Of a stretch of 12,152 bases of DNA, positions 7,454 to 12,152 are shown one piece after another. Under the pieces are notes generated by a model, which was not told where the DNA came from, searched no databases, and worked only from the letters and a program-made list of their open reading frames with translations. Source of the DNA: a bacterium (lineage in GTDB: Bacteria > Zhuqueibacterota > Zhuqueibacteria > Oceanimicrobiales > Oceanimicrobiaceae); NCBI GenBank assembly GCA_046758365.1, contig JBHIAC010000099.1, positions 1-12,152 of the forward strand, given 5' to 3'. The position numbers and the translations under genes are program-made. How positions within the stretch are numbered: the first letter of the stretch is position 1; every line of letters begins with the position of its first letter.

Positions 7454-7544
7454 TATAATTAATAAATTATTTGGCGAATTGAAAGAACAATTCCTAACTA
7501 TTTAGCCAAGTGAATAAATTCGCAATTAAATCAACTTTCTTAAA

Positions 7545-7572
7545 TTGACAAAATTATTGATGACAATATAAT
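7545..7572 (+). promoter_or_regulatory. Consensus sigma70 promoter-like element with no downstream sense gene
   Basis: TTGACA (7545-7550), 16 nt spacer, TATAAT (7567-7572). It overlaps the left arm of an inverted repeat. Confidence 0.4.
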
Positions 7573-7650
7573 TTTATAACAGTTCATTTTTTAGGGTCAT
7601 CTCGAACTATCATATAATTTTTTAATGATTTTGTCTTCAATTATTTTGTC
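7547..7650. repeat. 27-bp imperfect inverted repeat; each arm has two GACAAAATNATT-like units at a 15-bp period
   Basis: Left arm GACAAAATTATTGATGACAATATAATT (7547-7573) against the reverse complement of the right arm 7624-7650, GACAAAATAATTGAAGACAAAATCATT: 23/27 identical, with a 50-nt spacer. Confidence 0.8.
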
Positions 7651-7663
7651 TTGAATTTCTTGT

Positions 7664-8572
7664 TCATTGTTTAAGTGATTTTAAGCGAAATACTTCCAAG
7701 GCAGCCATACAGGTGTTGTAATGGATTTGCACAGTATCATCCGTATTGTATGCATAGCCTCCGCCTAATGTAACGGCAATTGGAATTTTTCTATTTTTAC
7801 ACGCCTCAAAAATGAATTCATCACGTGTCTGAAGACCCTCGATAGTTAAACCTAAACTCCCGAGTTGATCCTCTTTGTACGGATCAGCTCCTGCCTGATA
7901 CAAAACAAATTCCGGTCTAAATTCCTTTAGTATTTTAGGAATCGCCTGTTTCAAATGACCCAGATACGCCTCATCTGATATTCCAACTGGCAAATGAATA
8001 TCCATATCACTTTTTTCTTTTAATGGATATAAATCTCTTTGATGAATGGAAAAGGTAAAAACGCTTTCATTTCCCTGGAAAATTACAGCCGTGCCATTTC
8101 CCTGGTGGAGATCACAATCAATGATTACTACCTTTTGAACCAGACCTTCCTTTTGCATGACTCTCACAGCCACAGCCAAATCATTCACATAGCAAAATCC
8201 TTCAGCTTTATCAGCAAAAGCATGATGGAATCCTCCGCTTAAGTGTACGGCCCACCCACATTTAAAGGCTTTACGACACGCCAATATAGTGCCCCCCGCT
8301 GCTAAAATAAAAAGATCGATTATTTCCTTTGAGATGGGTAATTCGGAGTAATAAGTACGGGGGGTCCAAGCACAATTTTTTAGATCTTCCAGATATTCAG
8401 ATGTATGAACCAGATGCAATTCTTCATATGTGGCGGGTTTTGGATTAATAAATTCTGATTCCGGGAGACCTGCCATTTTAACCAATTTTTGGTAAACGAA
8501 CCGGTATTTTATGACAGGAAAAACATGAAATCCAATGTCGGCATAATATTTTTCTGAGTAAATGAAAGGCAT
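7664..8572 (-). CDS. Histone deacetylase family (Zn-dependent deacylase, AcuC/HDAC-like)
   Basis: Motifs HVFP..KY, LVHT.EY, GGFHHA, EGFCYVND, DCDLHQGNGT, QAGADP..DQLG and GGGY. Confidence 0.93.
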   Translation of the reverse strand: MPFIYSEKYYADIGFHVFPVIKYRFVYQKLVKMAGLPESEFINPKPATYEELHLVHTSEYLEDLKNCAWTPRTYYSELPISKEIIDLFILAAGGTILACRKAFKCGWAVHLSGGFHHAFADKAEGFCYVNDLAVAVRVMQKEGLVQKVVIIDCDLHQGNGTAVIFQGNESVFTFSIHQRDLYPLKEKSDMDIHLPVGISDEAYLGHLKQAIPKILKEFRPEFVLYQAGADPYKEDQLGSLGLTIEGLQTRDEFIFEACKNRKIPIAVTLGGGYAYNTDDTVQIHYNTCMAALEVFRLKSLKQ

Positions 8573-8645
8573 GGAGCTAAAATTATAATGCGAATTTTAA
8601 ATATTTTTATTGAAATATCTCTGATACTATATAAAAAGTCCATCG

Positions 8646-8687
8646 GTCATTAGTCATTAGTCATCAGTTATTAGTCATTAAGTCATT
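8646..8687. repeat. Heptanucleotide tandem repeat (GTCATTA)n
   Basis: GTCATTA GTCATTA GTCATCA GTTATTA GTCATTA (8646-8680), one extra A, then GTCATT (8682-8687). Confidence 0.9.
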
Positions 8688-8764
8688 TTCGCTATGCTGT
8701 CATCTGGCTTCGCCCTCATTTATTGTCCTTCACCTTTTTTAATAATCAAACACAATTTCTCTCT

Positions 8765-9400
8765 TTAAACGCCGGGAGTTTCTGGGGACCAAATGAATTT
8801 ATGAAGCTGGACCTGAAAGCGTGCCCTGATTCGATCCTTTAAAATCCATTGTGCCAATTCTACTAATTCAAGTTCACCCCATACAGGAGAAAAGAGTAAT
8901 TTGACTCGATCTTCAAGTTTATATTTTTTCACTACATTCACAGCCCATGTGTAGTCATTATGATCTTTGACAACAAATTTCACTTCATCCTGAGTGGTTA
9001 AATACTCCAGATTCGGCCAGCGGTTTTTTTCAGATTCACCACTTCCAGGACATTTAATATCCATTATCTTAATGACGCGTTGGTCTAACTTTGAAATATC
9101 GCGTTCGCCAGAGGTCTCAATAAGAACGGTGTAATTCTTATCTAAAAGTCGGTTAGCCAGCTCATAAATATCCTTTTGAAGCAGTGGTTCACCACCGGTG
9201 AGCTCCACCAATTTACAGCTATAGCTTTCAACCTTTTCGATGATTTCATCCACCGACATATCTTGACCTCCGTAGAAAGAATACTCAGTATCGCACCAAA
9301 CACATCGTAAATTACAACCCGTGCTTCGGACGAAAACGCAAGGGAGCCCAGCAAAACTGGATTCTCCTTGAATAGAATAAAATATTTCTGTAATTTGCAC
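8765..9400 (-). CDS. queE: 7-carboxy-7-deazaguanine synthase (radical SAM)
   Basis: EIFYSIQGE, GCNLRCVWCDT (CX3CX2C), LTGGEPLLQ, IETSG, MDIKCPGSG and QVQLHKFIW. GTG start without a clear SD. Confidence 0.9.
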   Translation of the reverse strand: MQITEIFYSIQGESSFAGLPCVFVRSTGCNLRCVWCDTEYSFYGGQDMSVDEIIEKVESYSCKLVELTGGEPLLQKDIYELANRLLDKNYTVLIETSGERDISKLDQRVIKIMDIKCPGSGESEKNRWPNLEYLTTQDEVKFVVKDHNDYTWAVNVVKKYKLEDRVKLLFSPVWGELELVELAQWILKDRIRARFQVQLHKFIWSPETPGV

Positions 9401-9504
9401 TTTGAATGATTTGAAAAATATAGATAAATTTTTTAGTAACTGATCACAAGTAGTTGATTGGATGTTTTAAGTATATTTTTTTTTCTTTTAATCATATAAA
9501 AACG

Positions 9505-9652
9505 CCCACAGAACTGGAAATCCCACAGAAATAAGATAGAGGATTCATAGACCCTGAAAAGTTGAAGGTTCTTTGTGCTCATGAAATCACTCGGTGTTAC
9601 CGTTGAACTATAAAGATTTTTTACAATTCATTTCTGTGGGAGTTCTGTTTCT
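9505..9652. repeat. Inverted repeat element with iterated CCCACAGAA units
   Basis: CCCACAGAA at 9505-9513 and 9522-9530 (17-bp period). TCCCACAGAAAT 9521-9532 is the perfect reverse complement of ATTTCTGTGGGA 9630-9641. Pairing extends to 19/23 over 9510-9532 and 9630-9652, with a 97-nt spacer. Confidence 0.75.
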
Positions 9653-9732
9653 TTAGCCGAAAAGCTGGTATTTTTTAACCCTGTGATTGGCTACATTTTT
9701 TGACTGAAACAAGAGCATATTTATTTCGAAAT

Positions 9733-10356
9733 TTAAATCTCGTCCACCACTTCGATGGCAATTTTCCCTCCAGTAAAATTATTCAATGCTTCGACAAATT
9801 CTTTTTCATCAAGAACTTTAAGTTTAATTAAATAATCAATCATTTCCTTGAATTGGCTTTCAATAATTTGAACGCCATATTTCGCAAGTACCTGATGAAC
9901 GGCCTTCGATTGCTGATATGAGAATTTTAAGCGCAAAGCAATTTGAGGATAATATTTAACAATCATGGCTTTATCTAACGCTGCCAAAGCAGCAGATTTA
10001 TAAGCTCGCATCAATCCACCGGTACCCAACTTGGTTCCTCCAAAATAACGGGCTACTACAACAACTACATGAGTTAACTTCTTTCTTTCAATGGCTTGCA
10101 GAATAGGACGCCCAGCCGTACCTGATGGTTCACCAGCGTCGTTAAATCGAAAGATACACCGGTCTCCCACACCTATTTTGTAAGCGTAACAGTTGTGGGT
10201 AGCATCCTGGAATTTATTTGTAATCACAGTCACATACTTTTCAGCTTTTTCCTGATTAGCCGAAGGTGCGGCATGAGCAATAAATTTGGAATCTTTTACT
10301 GTTAGTTCTGCAACTGCCTCTGCTTTAATAGAACAAAATCCTTCTTTTGAAGTCAT
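9733..10356 (-). CDS. yigZ: YigZ / IMPACT (UPF0029) family protein
   Basis: Motifs VKDSKFIA, DATHNCYAY, DAGEPSGTAGRPIL and RYFGGTKLGTGGLMRAY. Confidence 0.93.
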   Translation of the reverse strand: MTSKEGFCSIKAEAVAELTVKDSKFIAHAAPSANQEKAEKYVTVITNKFQDATHNCYAYKIGVGDRCIFRFNDAGEPSGTAGRPILQAIERKKLTHVVVVVARYFGGTKLGTGGLMRAYKSAALAALDKAMIVKYYPQIALRLKFSYQQSKAVHQVLAKYGVQIIESQFKEMIDYLIKLKVLDEKEFVEALNNFTGGKIAIEVVDEI

Positions 10357-10359
10357 TCA

Positions 10360-10659
10360 TTATTTCATCTTTGACACAAATATCAAATCAGGAACACGCC
10401 GCAATCCGGAGCGGAGTCGTACTTGAAAATTCTCACCCCAAACAGTACCTAGACCGTGTTGATCGACATAAAATTGAACGATTGAACTAATAAACATACT
10501 AATTCTGCCATGCTTGTTTGAAGTCGGTGAATGCACGATAACATCCCCATCAATAAATTCTGCGCGATTGTCTTCATCGCAAAACTTTAAAAAATCCTCC
10601 TCGGTCATGTATTTAACTTTTTGGGCTTCTTTTAGATTTTCTTTGATTAACGGATGCAT
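10360..10659 (-). pseudogene. Uma2 (DUF820) family PD-(D/E)XK endonuclease, C-terminally truncated
   Basis: MT.EDFL...RAEFIDG.VIVHSP...HGRI...RRVPDLIFVS, then a stop after 99 aa. The downstream PDLVVE(I/V)LS half typical of roughly 190-aa Uma2 proteins is absent, and yigZ starts 3 nt after the stop. Confidence 0.8.
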
Positions 10660-10714
10660 ATTTTTTACCCACTACTAGGTTTAATAAAATTTAAAAATAC
10701 TTTTTTCAACTATT

Positions 10715-10743
10715 ATTGTAAGCTTTTCTTTATATTAAATCAA
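10715..10743 (-). promoter_or_regulatory. Putative sigma70 promoter for the uma2'-yigZ transcript
   Basis: TTGATT (10743-10738), 17 nt spacer, TACAAT (10720-10715). Confidence 0.5.
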
Positions 10744-10790
10744 GTATTTTGTAAATCATTATCCTAAAAGTGAAATTCAACCACATTTAC

Positions 10791-10819
10791 TTGACATTAA
10801 CCTCAATATTTATTATCTT
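10791..10819 (+). promoter_or_regulatory. Putative sigma70 promoter for gpgS-gpgP
   Basis: TTGACA (10791-10796), 17 nt spacer, TATCTT (10814-10819). SD AAGGAG at 10844-10849 precedes ATG 10856. Confidence 0.65.
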
Positions 10820-10855
10820 AAAATAGAAAGGCCAGAAAAAAGTAAGGAGAGTGCA

Positions 10856-12064
10856 ATGGCGGATTTTTACCAAACCGGGGCACTTGCAACTTTTCATCGC
10901 TTTGGTTCAGTAGATCTTGAAAGAATAGAAAGGGAATTATGTAATTTTGGTGAGCAGCGTCCAATTACGCTTATTTTACCCGCTATATACGATGAATTAA
11001 AGGGTCAAGCATTAAAGCTGATTATTGAAGAGCTTAAAAAGGTACATTATCTGCATCAAATCGTCATTACCATGGGGCGCACAGATGCCAAACAATTCAA
11101 CCATGCCCAAGATTACTTCTCCACTTTACCCCAAAACAAAACCATTCTATGGGCAACTGGACCAAGAATTCAAGAGCTCATAAATTTGTTAGAAGAAAAT
11201 AAACTCTACCCTGGTCCTGATGGTAAGGGACGCTCCGTGTGGTTGGCCTTTGGTTATGTACTTGCAGAAATCCACAGTGAAGTTATAGCTCTCCATGATT
11301 GCGACATTCTTACTTATAGTCGAGAACTCCTTGCCCGGCTCTGTTATCCTATAACCAGTCCAAATATGAGTTACGAATATAACAAAGGATACTACGCCCG
11401 AGTCACCAACAGAATGCATGGCCGCGTGACTCGATTACTCATCACCCCATTAATCAGAGCGCTTATAAAGATTATTGGTTCCTTACCGTACTTACATTTT
11501 ATGGATAGTTTTCGCTATCCTTTAGCTGGTGAATTTTGTCTAGTGCGGGATCTGGCTCGTGTAACTCGTATTCCTAGCGATTGGGGATTGGAAGTAGGAC
11601 TTTTATCCGAAGTATTCCGAAATGTTGCTGTGAATCGAGTTTGCCAAACAGAACTTTGTGAAATTTACGAACATAAACACCAGCCTTTATCACCAGAAGA
11701 CCCAGAACAGGGACTTCTGAAAATGTGTATTGACATCACCAAAACCATTTTTAGGAAATTAGCAGCGGAAGGGGTTGTGTTATCTGAAGGTCTCTTAAGA
11801 ACTTTACAAGTAACTTACCTGAGAACAGCACAAGAAACAATAAATAGATATGAAAATGATGCCGCCATCAACGCTCTCAATTTTGATCGCCATGCAGAAA
11901 CACAGGCAGTAGAAGCTTTTACAAAAGGAATTCAAATGGCCACAGAAACATTTTTAGAAAATCCCCTGAACGTTACATTTATTCCAACTTGGACTCGCGT
12001 TACCTCCGCTATTCCAAACTTTCTCGAACGCTTAAAAGAAGCTGTTTATTTAGATAATGAATGA
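10856..12064 (+). CDS. gpgS: Glucosyl-3-phosphoglycerate synthase-like GT-A glycosyltransferase
   Basis: MADFYQTG N-terminus, GKGRSVW, LHDCDI (DxD), KGYYARV, YPLAGEF, DWGLEVGLL and YEHKHQ; followed by the start of a HAD phosphatase. Sugar specificity (glucose or mannose) is inferred, not shown. Confidence 0.8.
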   Translation: MADFYQTGALATFHRFGSVDLERIERELCNFGEQRPITLILPAIYDELKGQALKLIIEELKKVHYLHQIVITMGRTDAKQFNHAQDYFSTLPQNKTILWATGPRIQELINLLEENKLYPGPDGKGRSVWLAFGYVLAEIHSEVIALHDCDILTYSRELLARLCYPITSPNMSYEYNKGYYARVTNRMHGRVTRLLITPLIRALIKIIGSLPYLHFMDSFRYPLAGEFCLVRDLARVTRIPSDWGLEVGLLSEVFRNVAVNRVCQTELCEIYEHKHQPLSPEDPEQGLLKMCIDITKTIFRKLAAEGVVLSEGLLRTLQVTYLRTAQETINRYENDAAINALNFDRHAETQAVEAFTKGIQMATETFLENPLNVTFIPTWTRVTSAIPNFLERLKEAVYLDNE

Positions 12065-12117
12065 TTTATGACGTTGGTGCAAGAACTGGATAATTTCAAC
12101 TTTAAGCAACCAACGTC

Positions 12118-12152
12118 ATGAATCAAAAATTGCTAATTTTCACCGACCTTGA
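12118..12152 (+). CDS. Start of a HAD-IIB phosphatase, probably glucosyl/mannosyl-3-phosphoglycerate phosphatase (GpgP/MpgP); runs off the window
   Basis: ATG 12118 reads MNQKLLIFTDL(D/E), matching HAD motif I (IFTDLDGT). Lies 53 nt downstream of gpgS. Too short for the ORF track. Confidence 0.7.
   Translation, partial: MNQKLLIFTDL

Noticed and set aside
9536..9566. AGAGGATTCATAGACCCT...AAAAG, superficially like a preQ1-I riboswitch near queE
   Set aside because: It is on the strand opposite to queE, the P1 stem would be only about 3 bp, and the A-rich tail is poor.
10694..10750. 9-bp inverted pair AAAATACTT / AAGTATTTT around the uma2 promoter
   Set aside because: Short and expected by chance in a very AT-rich spacer; it cannot be called an operator.
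8039..11419. ORFs 8039-8242(+), 9142-9354(-) and 11189-11419(-)
   Set aside because: Nested in the HDAC, queE and gpgS genes, with no independent support.

Overview
Bacterial, fairly AT-rich genomic window with no rRNA, tRNA, CRISPR array or transposase. It opens with the 3' end of a type I restriction subunit (hsdR) and an amidinotransferase/DDAH-family gene on +. A 9.4 kb minus-strand run follows, given in transcription order: truncated Uma2 nuclease, yigZ, queE, histone-deacetylase-family gene, mntA-hepT toxin-antitoxin pair, Tat-signal TldD, TldE, a frameshifted gene remnant, PLP aminotransferase, and an EutC-like ornithine cyclodeaminase/mu-crystallin. The window ends with a divergent GpgS-like glycosyltransferase and the start of a HAD phosphatase, probably for glucosylglycerate synthesis. 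The most interesting signals are: (1) three different short-period repeat elements in consecutive intergenic spacers, two being inverted repeats with iterated arms, one of which holds a perfect antisense sigma70 promoter; (2) a cryptic frameshifted gene tail joined directly to the tldE stop and ATGA-coupled to the aminotransferase; (3) a candidate guanidino/basic amino acid to cyclic imino acid pathway; (4) a Tat-exported TldD/TldE with Asp at the usual Cys metal-ligand position. All family calls come from motif recognition by eye. No searches were run.
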